A stretch of DNA of 27,832 nucleotides from Candidatus Zixiibacteriota bacterium (lineage in GTDB: Bacteria > Zixibacteria > MSB-5A5 > WJJR01): the NCBI GenBank assembly GCA_036170655.1, contig JAVHPP010000163.1, forward strand, positions 1 through 27,832, read 5' to 3'. Shown in pieces: positions 9,965-18,044 of this stretch (positions are counted from its first letter, which is position 1; every line of letters begins with the position of its first letter). The position numbers and the translations under genes were made by a program. The notes under the pieces were generated by a model. That model was not told the DNA's origin and made no database searches. It saw nothing but the letters and a program-made list of their open reading frames with translations.

Positions 9965-11368
9965 TCAGACAGGGGCTGGGACAGTATCCGGGGGGGCAGC
10001 AGGTTGCGACAATGGCGGTTCACCGCTTGACGCGAACATCCGGTCAACAAAGTTTGTATCGTACCGGCCTGTGCGGAATTCTTCCGTCTGCATAACCTTG
10101 CGGAAGAAAGGAATCGTTGTATCGACACCCTCGATGATGAATTCATCCAAGGCCCGCAGCATTCGGATCACCGATTCATCCCTGTTCTTGCCATGAACAA
10201 TCAACTTCGCGAGCAGGGAATCATAAAACGGAGGGATGACGTACCTGGCATAGGCGTGGGTATCGACACGTATTCCGTGCCCACCCGGCACATGGAACGT
10301 GTCGATTTGCCCCGGGCAGGGGCGGAAGCCCAATTCGGCATTTTCCGCGTTGACCCGCACTTCCAGAGTATGCCCCGAGAATTTCACTTCTGACTGGCGC
10401 ACACTCAGATGTTCGCCGGCGGCGATGAGAATCTGCTCCTTGACCAGGTCGATGTCGGTCTGTTCTTCAGTCACCGGATGCTCCACTTGGATACGTGTGT
10501 TCATCTCCATGAAGTAGAAACTGCCGTCCTGGTCGAGGAGAAATTCGACGGTGCCGGCCGAGGTGTAGTGCACGGCCTCACATCCCGCAATCGCGGCGGC
10601 CCCCATTTTTTGGCGGATCTCCTCGGTAATCGCCGGAGACGGAGATTCCTCAATCAGTTTCTGATGCCGCCTCTGAATGCTGCAGTCGCGCTCCCCAAGG
10701 TGGATGATATGACCGGCGGAATCACCCAGAACTTGAATCTCCACATGGTGAGGACTCTCCAGACATTTTTCCAGGTAAACAGCAGAATTCCCAAAAGCCG
10801 CTTGCGCCTCGGCCTGGGCAGCCACGACTTGATGCTCCAGCTCCGCGGGTTCACGGCAAACACGCATTCCCCGTCCGCCGCCGCCACCGGCCGCCTTGAT
10901 CATCACGGGATATCCAATCTCGTCCGCCGCTCTCCGGGCCGCATCCAAGTCGAGAACAGGTCCACTGGAGCCAGGTATCACCGGCACCCCGGCCGCACTC
11001 ATCATGTGACGCGCCGATGCCTTATCCCCCATCTGACGAATAACCTCAGCGGACGGCCCGATGAACGTCAACCCGCATTCGGTGCAGATGCCGGCAAAAT
11101 CCGCGTTCTCCGCCAAAAAACCGTATCCCGGATGAATCGCGTCCGCGCCGGTCACCTCAGCCGCCGCAATAATCCGCTTCGGATCGAGATACGACTGGCT
11201 GGGCGGCGCCGGGCCAATGCAAACATCCTCATCAGCAAAGCGCACATGCAGGGAAGCACGATCCGGCTCGGAGTAGACCGCTACGGTGGAGATACCCAGT
11301 TCGCGGCAGGCACGGATGATGCGCAGCGCGATCTCTCCACGGTTGGCGATGAGTATCTTCTTGAACAT
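9965..11368 (-). CDS. accC: Acetyl-CoA carboxylase biotin carboxylase subunit
   Basis: [60 protein letters not shown] and [12 protein letters not shown] motifs. Start could instead be GTG 11377. Confidence 0.96.
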   Translation of the reverse strand: MFKKILIANRGEIALRIIRACRELGISTVAVYSEPDRASLHVRFADEDVCIGPAPPSQSYLDPKRIIAAAEVTGADAIHPGYGFLAENADFAGICTECGLTFIGPSAEVIRQMGDKASARHMMSAAGVPVIPGSSGPVLDLDAARRAADEIGYPVMIKAAGGGGGRGMRVCREPAELEHQVVAAQAEAQAAFGNSAVYLEKCLESPHHVEIQVLGDSAGHIIHLGERDCSIQRRHQKLIEESPSPAITEEIRQKMGAAAIAGCEAVHYTSAGTVEFLLDQDGSFYFMEMNTRIQVEHPVTEEQTDIDLVKEQILIAAGEHLSVRQSEVKFSGHTLEVRVNAENAELGFRPCPGQIDTFHVPGGHGIRVDTHAYARYVIPPFYDSLLAKLIVHGKNRDESVIRMLRALDEFIIEGVDTTIPFFRKVMQTEEFRTGRYDTNFVDRMFASSGEPPLSQPAAPPDTVPAPV

Positions 11369-11570
11369 ACTGGACACGACGCCATGCAGCCCGCCGGCGG
11401 CGGCGGATCAATGGCGGCTGCCCGGCAAGAAAAGGCATCCCGCCCTCTCGAACAACCCAATTCGGCCCGCATCCCTTCCCGGAAGGGGCAAAGTCAATGG
11501 CCGCGCATGACGCACGGTCATCTTCGGCACTGACACCGTGATGCGCCATCAAAGATTGACGGCTGGCGGC

Positions 11571-11744
11571 TCAGTACCGCTCCTCGTCATCACCATCCTC
11601 GTATTCAAGTTCCGATTCCTCGTCGTCTTCCTCGACGATCTCGACTTCATGCTCGTCGGCACACGTCTTCGAGCAGTAGACATGCTTCTTGCGCCGGTAG
11701 GGCGCTCCGTCGATCTCCTCTCCGCAGAACTCGCAGAAACGCAT
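11571..11744 (-). CDS. Small Cys4 zinc-finger protein (CxxC-x16-CxxxC, TRASH/YacG-like treble clef) with acidic tail
   Basis: MRFCEFCGEEIDGAPYRRKKHVYCSKTCADEHEVEIVEEDDEESELEYEDGDDEERY (57 aa); GAGGA RBS about 7 nt before ATG 11744; host-like GC-rich third codon positions. Confidence 0.75.
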   Translation of the reverse strand: MRFCEFCGEEIDGAPYRRKKHVYCSKTCADEHEVEIVEEDDEESELEYEDGDDEERY

Positions 11745-11879
11745 CGCTAAATCCTCGACGGCTCCGCACAGGAGAGCGGAGCAGGTTGGCCCCCCATGCA
11801 AGCGGGGCGGTGGCAGTATTCAGTTGACGACAAAATCCAATTGGCTCCGCTCTGGACTGTGGAGTGAAATCGTGACAGA

Positions 11880-12008
11880 TCATTGCCGGTCAGCATCCAT
11901 AGGAATCGCCGCGTCAGGAGCATCGGTGGATTCGAACCCGGCCCCTGCTTGACCTTCCACCAGTCCAAGGTCAGTCACACGCTCGCGCAGTTTCCTCTTT
12001 GCTTCCAT
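11880..12008 (-). CDS. Hypothetical 42-aa peptide
   Basis: MEAKRKLRERVTDLGLVEGQAGAGFESTDAPDAAIPMDADRQ; GGAG RBS about 9 nt upstream; lies just downstream of a TTGACA promoter. No family recognised. Confidence 0.35.
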   Translation of the reverse strand: MEAKRKLRERVTDLGLVEGQAGAGFESTDAPDAAIPMDADRQ

Positions 12009-12073
12009 CGTCACCAGCTCCAGACCTGCAGGACCCGCTGACAGCGCACGCCTTTGCCCTCTTGGGGCCGCCA

Positions 12074-12102
12074 CAAATATCCTGCTGCAATGCCTATGTC
12101 AA
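12074..12102 (-). promoter_or_regulatory. Putative sigma70 promoter for the small ORFs and possibly accC-gcv
   Basis: Minus strand TTGACA-N17-TATTTG, preceded by a T7 tract (UP element or terminator tail). Confidence 0.5.
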
Positions 12103-12317
12103 CAAAAAAACGCCGCACACCGCCCGCTTCGTGCGAAAGACAGATCCCTTGTTTTGAACGAGTCTGAGACTCTCCAGCCCTTCGTGGAGCGTTGAAAAAA
12201 CCGTCCCGGAGGGGGAGCTTCGTACCAGCGGATGCCAACGGCACAACATTGGAGCCACCGAAAGCCACAGACCTGATTCGGACCGGCAGAAACCTTGCCG
12301 GCGTTGTTGACCATCGG

Positions 12318-13454
12318 TCAGGCGGTCGTCTTCTTCGATGCCGTAGCCGGTGTCTGCTGATACTCTGACCACCCACGATCGGCCGCACCCGTGATTCCCT
12401 TGACACGCAGGTCGAAGTCGTCCGGATTTGACGCCTGCAACATCGCCATCTCGTACGAAATCACATTCTGGCGGTACCAGCGCATGATCGACTGATCGAA
12501 CGTCTGCATGCCGTAGTTGACGCCGCCGCCTTCGATCAAGTCATAGATCGAGGAGGTCTTCTCTGGATCGAGGATGGCGTCGCGAATAGCAGCAGTCCCG
12601 ATCATGACCTCGACGGCCGGAACACGCCCAGGTCCATCAGAACGTGGCAGCAGCCGTTGCGAGATCACCGCTGAGAGAGTCCCCGACAGCAGGAGACGAA
12701 TTTGCTGATGCTGGTGCGGGGGAAAGAAAGAGATGATGCGTGAGATTGTTTCGATAGCGTTGAGGGTATGCAGTGTGGTCAGCACGAGGTGGCCGGTATC
12801 CGCCGCCGTCAGCGCGATCATCATCGTTTCCAGATCGCGCACTTCGCCAATCAGGATGACATCCGGGTCCTGGCGAAACGCGTGACGCAACGCGGTCGTA
12901 AACGACTCCGTGTCTCCGCCCACTTCGCGTTGGGCGATGATGCTCATTCGATCTTTGTGAATGTATTCGATCGGGTCTTCGACGGTCACGATGTTTTCTG
13001 CCCGTGTGCGGTTGATCTCCTCAATCATCGCCGCCAACGTGGTCGATTTCCCCGAACCTGTTGTCCCGGTGACGATGATCAAGCCGCGGCGCTGCTGGCA
13101 GAGTTTCTTCACAACCTCGGGCAGACTCAATTCCGAAAAGGAGGGCACAACGGTGCTGACGGCACGGATGGCGAGTCCTACGGTCCCGCGCTGCCGGTAG
13201 ATGTTAACACGGAATCGCCCCATTTTGGCCACGCCGAGCGCGAGGTCCATCTCGTTGCGTGCCTCGAAACGACGTCTCTGGTCTTCGGTCAGGATTTGGT
13301 TCAGCGTTTCATTGAGTATTTCTGCCGTCGGGGCCTCGGTATCGACCGGGGCTAAACGTCCATCGATGCGCAATGTGGGTTGCACACCCACCCGCAGGTG
13401 CAAGTCCGAAGCCTGTCGGGCGACCATTTCTGCCAGCAATTCTTTCAGCGCCAT
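12318..13454 (-). CDS. pilT: Type IV pilus retraction ATPase, PilT/PilU family
   Basis: ASDLHLRVG, RFRVNIYRQRG, Walker A GTTGSGKSTT, Asp box TVEDPIEY, RQDPDVILIGEVRD, His box TGHLVLTTLH and GMQTFDQ. Start at ATG 13454 (alternative 13493). May be a PilU-like paralog. Confidence 0.92.
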   Translation of the reverse strand: MALKELLAEMVARQASDLHLRVGVQPTLRIDGRLAPVDTEAPTAEILNETLNQILTEDQRRRFEARNEMDLALGVAKMGRFRVNIYRQRGTVGLAIRAVSTVVPSFSELSLPEVVKKLCQQRRGLIIVTGTTGSGKSTTLAAMIEEINRTRAENIVTVEDPIEYIHKDRMSIIAQREVGGDTESFTTALRHAFRQDPDVILIGEVRDLETMMIALTAADTGHLVLTTLHTLNAIETISRIISFFPPHQHQQIRLLLSGTLSAVISQRLLPRSDGPGRVPAVEVMIGTAAIRDAILDPEKTSSIYDLIEGGGVNYGMQTFDQSIMRWYRQNVISYEMAMLQASNPDDFDLRVKGITGAADRGWSEYQQTPATASKKTTA

Positions 13455-13627
13455 CTGTTGATTCTCCGTCTCAGCAGGTTGTGTGAACCTCATGAGTGCG
13501 CCGCGCGAATCGCGGCGCTGGGGCTCTCCTTAGCGCTATCGGCATTTCAGGCAGGCAAGTGAACTTCTCGGGCGGGAAAGGCGTGGCCACCAAGGCCAGG
13601 ATCCGGTCCGGAACGTTCGCGGAAATC

Positions 13628-13654
13628 AAGAAGGGCCGCACGAGCGGCCCTTTT
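13628..13654. terminator. Hairpin terminator (possibly bidirectional) between accB and pilT
   Basis: AAGAAGGGCCGC-ACGA-GCGGCCCTTTT: 9-bp stem with A- and T-rich flanks, about 30 nt after the accB stop. Confidence 0.7.
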
Positions 13655-13685
13655 GCAATCTGTAAGACGTGGCACCGAGTAGCAA

Positions 13686-14171
13686 CTAACGTGCAGGATC
13701 GAGCAGAAACAGGGCTTGGCCAAATTCGATCGGATGGGCGTCTTCGACAAGGATCTTGACGATCGTCCCACCCCGTTCGGCCTCAATCTCATTCATCAGT
13801 TTCATCGCCTCGATGATGCACACCACGTCACCGGGAGCCACAACCTGATTGACCTCGACAAAAGGTTTGGCGCCGGGCGACGGAGCACGGTAGAGCGTAC
13901 CGACCATCGGCGCCTTGATCTCAACCAGATTCGACGGCGGCGCTTCGATGGGCTGCGGTGGCGGAGCGGCATCGGCAGCCAGCCCAAGCGGGTTGGCCAT
14001 AGAGGCCACGGGAATCTCCACCAGTTTCGCCGTTGCCCCTCCGGAGGTGCCGTTGTGGTTGTTCGCCCTTTTCGTGATGCGAATTGTCCGGAAGAACCGC
14101 CGGATTTCGAGCGATTCGATATCTGAATCCTCGACAAGTTTGATCAACTTACGCAGGGTTTTTTCGTTCAT
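13686..14171 (-). CDS. accB: Acetyl-CoA carboxylase biotin carboxyl carrier protein
   Basis: LRKLIKLVEDSDIESLEI N-terminus, Pro/Ala linker, APMVGTLYRAPSP and the biotinyl motif IIEAMKLMNEIEA; GGGGGAG RBS before ATG 14171. Confidence 0.96.
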   Translation of the reverse strand: MNEKTLRKLIKLVEDSDIESLEIRRFFRTIRITKRANNHNGTSGGATAKLVEIPVASMANPLGLAADAAPPPQPIEAPPSNLVEIKAPMVGTLYRAPSPGAKPFVEVNQVVAPGDVVCIIEAMKLMNEIEAERGGTIVKILVEDAHPIEFGQALFLLDPAR

Positions 14172-14219
14172 GTCTCCCCCTTCCCGGAGGACAGACGCCG
14201 CCCACAAGGGCAAAAACGC

Positions 14220-15332
14220 CTACAAAACCACGAGATTCCGGTCGGAGCGGGTCAGCACACGGCTGCCGTTGCGGCCGATGACGATGTCGTCCTCGATGCG
14301 CACGCCACCCCAGCCCGCATAGTAAATCCCCGGCTCAATCGTGATCACCATTCCGAGCTTGAGCACGGTGGTACTCCTGGCGTTGACCGCCGGTCCCTCG
14401 TGCACCGCCAAACCCAGACCATGCCCCAGCCCATGCTCAAATCGTGGTCCATGGCCGGCCCGGTTGATGATCGACCGCGCCACTTTGTCCAATTCAGAGC
14501 AGACCACACCGGGACATGCCTTCCTGATCGCACTTTGTTGCGCCCGAAGCACAACATTGTAGACCGACTTCTGGCGGGCCGTCGGCTTGCCGACGACAAC
14601 CGTCCGGGTGATGTCCGAGACATACCCATCCACGGTTGCCCCGAAGTCAAGAGTGACAAAATCCCCCTTGTTGATGCGCTTCATCGATGCCCGCCCATGA
14701 GGAAGCGCCGAACGGGAGCCGGAAGCCACGATGGTCTCGAAAGCAGGCGCTTCGGACCCTCCCATCAGCATCTGGTACTCAAGTTCCGCCGCGATGTCGC
14801 GCTCACGCACTCCCGGTTGGATGAGCGGCATGATCTTCAGCAGACTGTCATCGGCAATGCTGGCCGCCTTCTGAATCGCGGCAATCTCCGTGGCGTCTTT
14901 GATCTGCATCAGAGGAGACAGCAGATCATCAAACCCCACCCAAAGAGCCTTCGGCAGGACTGTCCGCAACTTCCCGGCCCGTTGTTCACTAATGAGATGC
15001 GATTCGTACCCGATCCGCTTGCGCCCGGTCTTGAGGAAGCCAAAACCGGGCAACGAATCGAGCAAATCACCGGAGACCACCGTCACGTTGGCCGTCTTTA
15101 CTTCGGCCCGGACCTGAGTCCGGTATCGGGGATCAGTGAGGAATTCAGCTCGTTCAATCCCCACCAGCAACAACCCGTTTGAGCCCGTGTATCCCACCAG
15201 GTAGCGGATGTGCGACCCATCGAGAATCAGGACATAATCCAGATCCTCTAAGACCATTCGCTTCTTCAGCGCCTTCATGCGAACGGTGCAGTTCCGCTTT
15301 TGAACCCCGCTGTCGGCCATAGATAACTCCAT
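14220..15332 (-). CDS. Xaa-Pro aminopeptidase/dipeptidase (M24B)
   Basis: Creatinase N-domain (RYLVGYTGSNG, FLTDPRY); metal-site motifs SALPHG, LDFGA...GYVSDITRT, HGLGHGLGLAVHEGP, TIEPGIY and GGVRIEDD. Start may be 15320. Confidence 0.93.
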   Translation of the reverse strand: MELSMADSGVQKRNCTVRMKALKKRMVLEDLDYVLILDGSHIRYLVGYTGSNGLLLVGIERAEFLTDPRYRTQVRAEVKTANVTVVSGDLLDSLPGFGFLKTGRKRIGYESHLISEQRAGKLRTVLPKALWVGFDDLLSPLMQIKDATEIAAIQKAASIADDSLLKIMPLIQPGVRERDIAAELEYQMLMGGSEAPAFETIVASGSRSALPHGRASMKRINKGDFVTLDFGATVDGYVSDITRTVVVGKPTARQKSVYNVVLRAQQSAIRKACPGVVCSELDKVARSIINRAGHGPRFEHGLGHGLGLAVHEGPAVNARSTTVLKLGMVITIEPGIYYAGWGGVRIEDDIVIGRNGSRVLTRSDRNLVVL

Positions 15333-15485
15333 ACGACAAAACCTCTGGCTTCGTGCTCAAACTCCCCAAATACCCGGCCAGAAGCTCCGTCGGAAGATCA
15401 ACGAAGACCGGTTGGCGACGACCTGTCAAGCAAAATGTCCGCCAGGCCACCGCGCATAGAACTTAATACATTGTCTTGCAATATG

Positions 15486-15986
15486 TTATCGTCGCTTCGA
15501 CGACTTCTCCTGCGGCTCACCCCGGAGCCGCTGAATCAGGACACTGGACGAGTATCCTGGTTTCATACGAAACCGCTTGACCTGCCCCCCCCGAGATTTG
15601 ACTTCACCGGCACCAACAATCTGACCGGTCCCGTATTCAGACCCTTTTACCAAAATGTGCGGGCGAACGGCTTTAATCAATTCCAGAGGGGTATCTTCGC
15701 CAAAGATGCAGATGAAATCGACCGGCTTCAATGCCTTAAGCACCCGGGCGCGATCCCGCTGGTTGTTAATCGGCCGACTGGCGCCTTTCAGACGCCGTAC
15801 CGATGCGTCTGAGTTCAGACCCACCACCAAGACATCCCCCCAAGACCTCGCCTTTTCCAATAGTTCGACATGACCCCGATGAATAACGTCGAAGACGCCA
15901 TTCGTGAATACGATACGGACTCCCTCTCGCCGCCACGAGGTCGCGAGGACCTTAAGATTCCGTCTTGAGACCAGTATCTTGTCCAT
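15486..15986 (-). CDS. rfaE2: D-glycero-beta-D-manno-heptose 1-phosphate adenylyltransferase (HldE domain II, stand-alone)
   Basis: VFTNGVFDVIHRGHV, LVVGLNSDASVRRLKG..RP, FGEDTPLELI, LVKGSEY and GYSSS motifs. Confidence 0.92.
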   Translation of the reverse strand: MDKILVSRRNLKVLATSWRREGVRIVFTNGVFDVIHRGHVELLEKARSWGDVLVVGLNSDASVRRLKGASRPINNQRDRARVLKALKPVDFICIFGEDTPLELIKAVRPHILVKGSEYGTGQIVGAGEVKSRGGQVKRFRMKPGYSSSVLIQRLRGEPQEKSSKRR

Positions 15987-16046
15987 CGGGTCACATTATG
16001 GTAAATCATTGCGTGACAATAAAATACAAAACCATAGAGTCACCAC

Positions 16047-17069
16047 TCAAGAGACATGAAAGACTGGCTGGGCGATGGACGCTATGGCGCTCTTGATCGC
16101 CTGCACCGTCGTTTGCGCTGTGCCAACCTCCCGGATGACTTGTCCGGCCGCGATGTTGGACGTGTAGGCGGCTTCGAGGATCGTCCCCCCAGATGCCAGA
16201 CACATGGCCACCGTTGCGATGACCGTGTCACCGGCGCCCGTCACATCAAAAACCTGATCGGCAACCGTCGGGATCAAAGTCAGGCGCTCCGGCGGCTCAA
16301 ACAACGCCATGCCGCGTGCGCCCAGCGTGATCAAGAGCGATTCGGCTTCGAGACGGCGCATCAGATCAAACCCGACCGAGCGAATCGTGGCGTCATCACG
16401 CATCCGTTTGCCGGCCACGAAACCCGCCTCGTGGTGGTTGGGCGTGAGCGTGGTCACGTGACGGTAAGAAAGGAAGTGCGTCTCCTTGGGGTCGACGACC
16501 ACAAACCGGTCTCGCGCACGTGCCCATTCGATGATCCGGGTCAGCAGACCAGCGGTCACAACTCCCTTGCCATAGTCCGAGATAATCACGCCCGCTGCGT
16601 CGGTCATGGCGGTTTGATACGCGTCCCAGACACGGTCGGCCAGCTGGCCATCGATCTCCTCGGTGGTCTCGGTGTCGGCACGAACCACCTGCTGATGATG
16701 GGCAACGACACGGGTCTTGACCGTCGTCGGCCTATCGGGTGCGGCCACGATCCCCCGGTCGGGCATTCCCTTTTCTCGAAACAACGCCTTGAGCGCCATT
16801 CCCGAGGGGTCCTCGCCGACAACACTCACGGTTTCCGCCCGGCCCCCCAGTGAATGGATGTTGAGGGCCACATTGGCCGCGCCGCCGAGTTTTGTCCCTT
16901 TGCGCTCGACCGACACAACCGGGACTGGCGCTTCAGGCGAGATCCGGTCCACGCGACCCCACCAGTACTCATCCAGCATGACATCCCCAAAAACAACGAC
17001 ACGCGCCTCTCCGAAGCGTGCCAGCAACTTCTCGATGCTCAGGTGTAACGATTGGGGCGGGGCATTCAT
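16047..17069 (-). CDS. rfaE1: D-glycero-beta-D-manno-heptose 7-phosphate kinase (HldE domain I, stand-alone)
   Basis: GDVMLDEY.WG.VDRISPEAPVPVV, LGGAANVA, PTTVKTRV, SDYGKGV, TPNHHEA and VFDVTGAGDTVIA motifs. Confidence 0.94.
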   Translation of the reverse strand: MNAPPQSLHLSIEKLLARFGEARVVVFGDVMLDEYWWGRVDRISPEAPVPVVSVERKGTKLGGAANVALNIHSLGGRAETVSVVGEDPSGMALKALFREKGMPDRGIVAAPDRPTTVKTRVVAHHQQVVRADTETTEEIDGQLADRVWDAYQTAMTDAAGVIISDYGKGVVTAGLLTRIIEWARARDRFVVVDPKETHFLSYRHVTTLTPNHHEAGFVAGKRMRDDATIRSVGFDLMRRLEAESLLITLGARGMALFEPPERLTLIPTVADQVFDVTGAGDTVIATVAMCLASGGTILEAAYTSNIAAGQVIREVGTAQTTVQAIKSAIASIAQPVFHVS

Positions 17070-17119
17070 ATCGTATGCCGTTGTGACAGATCTGTCATGG
17101 GATCATTTTCGTGGTTTCG

Positions 17120-17148
17120 TTGACTTTCATCTTTCTTATGCGTACTCT
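17120..17148 (+). promoter_or_regulatory. Putative sigma70 promoter for the DUF3467 gene
   Basis: TTGACT-N17-TACTCT in the AT-rich divergent intergenic region, about 30 nt before the GTG start. Confidence 0.55.
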
Positions 17149-17176
17149 GAATTCCTTGGGGCAAGGAGGTTACATC

Positions 17177-17476
17177 GTGCAACAAGGACCACAGCAATTG
17201 AACATTGAAGTCAGAGAGCCCGAATCCGAAGGCATCTACTCGAATCTGGCTCTGATCGTCCATTCTCCACAGGAGTTCGTCATCGATTTTGCCCGCATGA
17301 CGCCGGGCTCGCCAAAAGCCAAGGTCTATGCGCGCATCATCATGACCCCAGCCCACGCCAAGATGCTGCAGAAGGCGCTCGAAGACAACCTCAAGAAATT
17401 CGAAGCGACCTACGGCGCCATCAAATTGCAGGGAACAGACGACAAAAACATCGGCTTCCAGACCCCACGGGCGTGA
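17177..17476 (+). CDS. DUF3467 domain-containing protein
   Basis: QLNIE...GIYSNLALIVHSPQEFVIDFA...P.AKV.ARIIMTPAHAK.L..AL.DNLKKFE..YG.I pattern; AGGAGG RBS before GTG 17177. Confidence 0.88.
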   Translation: MQQGPQQLNIEVREPESEGIYSNLALIVHSPQEFVIDFARMTPGSPKAKVYARIIMTPAHAKMLQKALEDNLKKFEATYGAIKLQGTDDKNIGFQTPRA

Positions 17477-17522
17477 GGCGGGAGAAACCCGATCTCAGAT
17501 CCGACCATTGTCGGCCCCTACT

Positions 17523-17580
17523 GTCCTTCCCGCGCAAACGGGAATCCAGTTCTACCCTTACGTATGGGTTCCCGCGTTCG
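17523..17580. repeat. REP/dRS3-like palindromic element (TTCCC-N8-GGGAATCCAG) with a degenerate inverted partner
   Basis: GTCCTTCCCGCGCAAACGGGAATCCAG, followed about 15 nt later by TGGGTTCCCGCGTTCG. Resembles the widespread GTCATTCCCGCGAAAGCGGGAATCCAG...CTGGATTCCCGCTTTCGCGGGAATGAC extragenic repeat. Confidence 0.6.
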
Positions 17581-17628
17581 AACGCACTGAAAAACCCTCG
17601 GACGACGGGTCATGAGTGCAGAACCGGG

Positions 17629-17667
17629 GAGATTGCTTCGGCGCAAGAAGCCGCGCCCCGCAATGAC
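17629..17667. repeat. REP-like element of the GAGATTGCTTCG...CGCAATGAC family
   Basis: GAGATTGCTTCGGCGCAAGAAGCCGCGCCCCGCAATGAC: ATTGC...GCAAT outer and GGCGC...GCGCC inner arms; resembles a known family of extragenic palindromic repeats. Confidence 0.6.
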
Positions 17668-17993
17668 CCACAGGTCAGATTACCCAAAAATCGCGCGTAC
17701 TCTCGGGGCAACTGGTCAAACAGGATCCAACTGATCCCTATTCCCGCCCCCTGAAAACAAGAGCTGCGACCGCAAGGGGCAATATTCGCAGAGCGCGAAC
17801 ACTCGCGGCGATGGCGCGGGAACTGGATCCCCAAGACGGTCTCGTTGCCTTTTCCTCCGCCTGCGCATTGTCGTGGGGACCCGTCGAAGAAGAAACCATG
17901 ACGCTACTCGAGGAGGCCTTGGCACTTCCGCGTTCCCCCTCCAGAATCGGAGCGTCTTTCGACCCGCATTTCGAGTCGGGTCTGTCCGCCTGA
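17667..17993 (+). pseudogene. 5'-truncated, decayed TPR-protein gene fragment
   Basis: The open frame from 17667 (after TGA 17664-17666) reads ...LVKQDPTDPYSRPLKTRAATARGNIRRARTLAAMARELDPQDGLVAFSSACALSWGPVEEETMTLLEEALALPRSPSRIGASFDPHFES. This gives two TPR-like units and a DP.F.S cap, with no good start or RBS before the TPR-like part. Confidence 0.5.
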
Positions 17994-18044
17994 GAGTATC
18001 TGGATTCCGACGGTGGACGACACGTCCGCCCTTCGCGCGGCGCC

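Noticed and set aside
11922..11945. GGGTTCGAATCC T-loop-like motif suggesting a tRNA, tmRNA or att site
   Set aside because: The flanks give only 2 bp of T-stem, there is no acceptor stem or CCA, and no cloverleaf can be drawn.
12230..12305. Possible c-di-GMP-I riboswitch (GAAAGCCACAGACCTGA)
   Set aside because: Lacks the GGCAAAC/GNRA P2 and GACGCAAAGC junction. It also points into the 3' end of pilT rather than a downstream gene.
13670..13685. Sigma54-like TGGCAC...TAGCA
   Set aside because: GG-to-GC spacing is one base short of the strict -24/-12 rule, and it points antisense into accB.
15486..17069. Split hldE as a frameshifted pseudogene
   Set aside because: Both halves are complete with their own starts and a 60-nt spacer; separate kinase and adenylyltransferase genes are well known.
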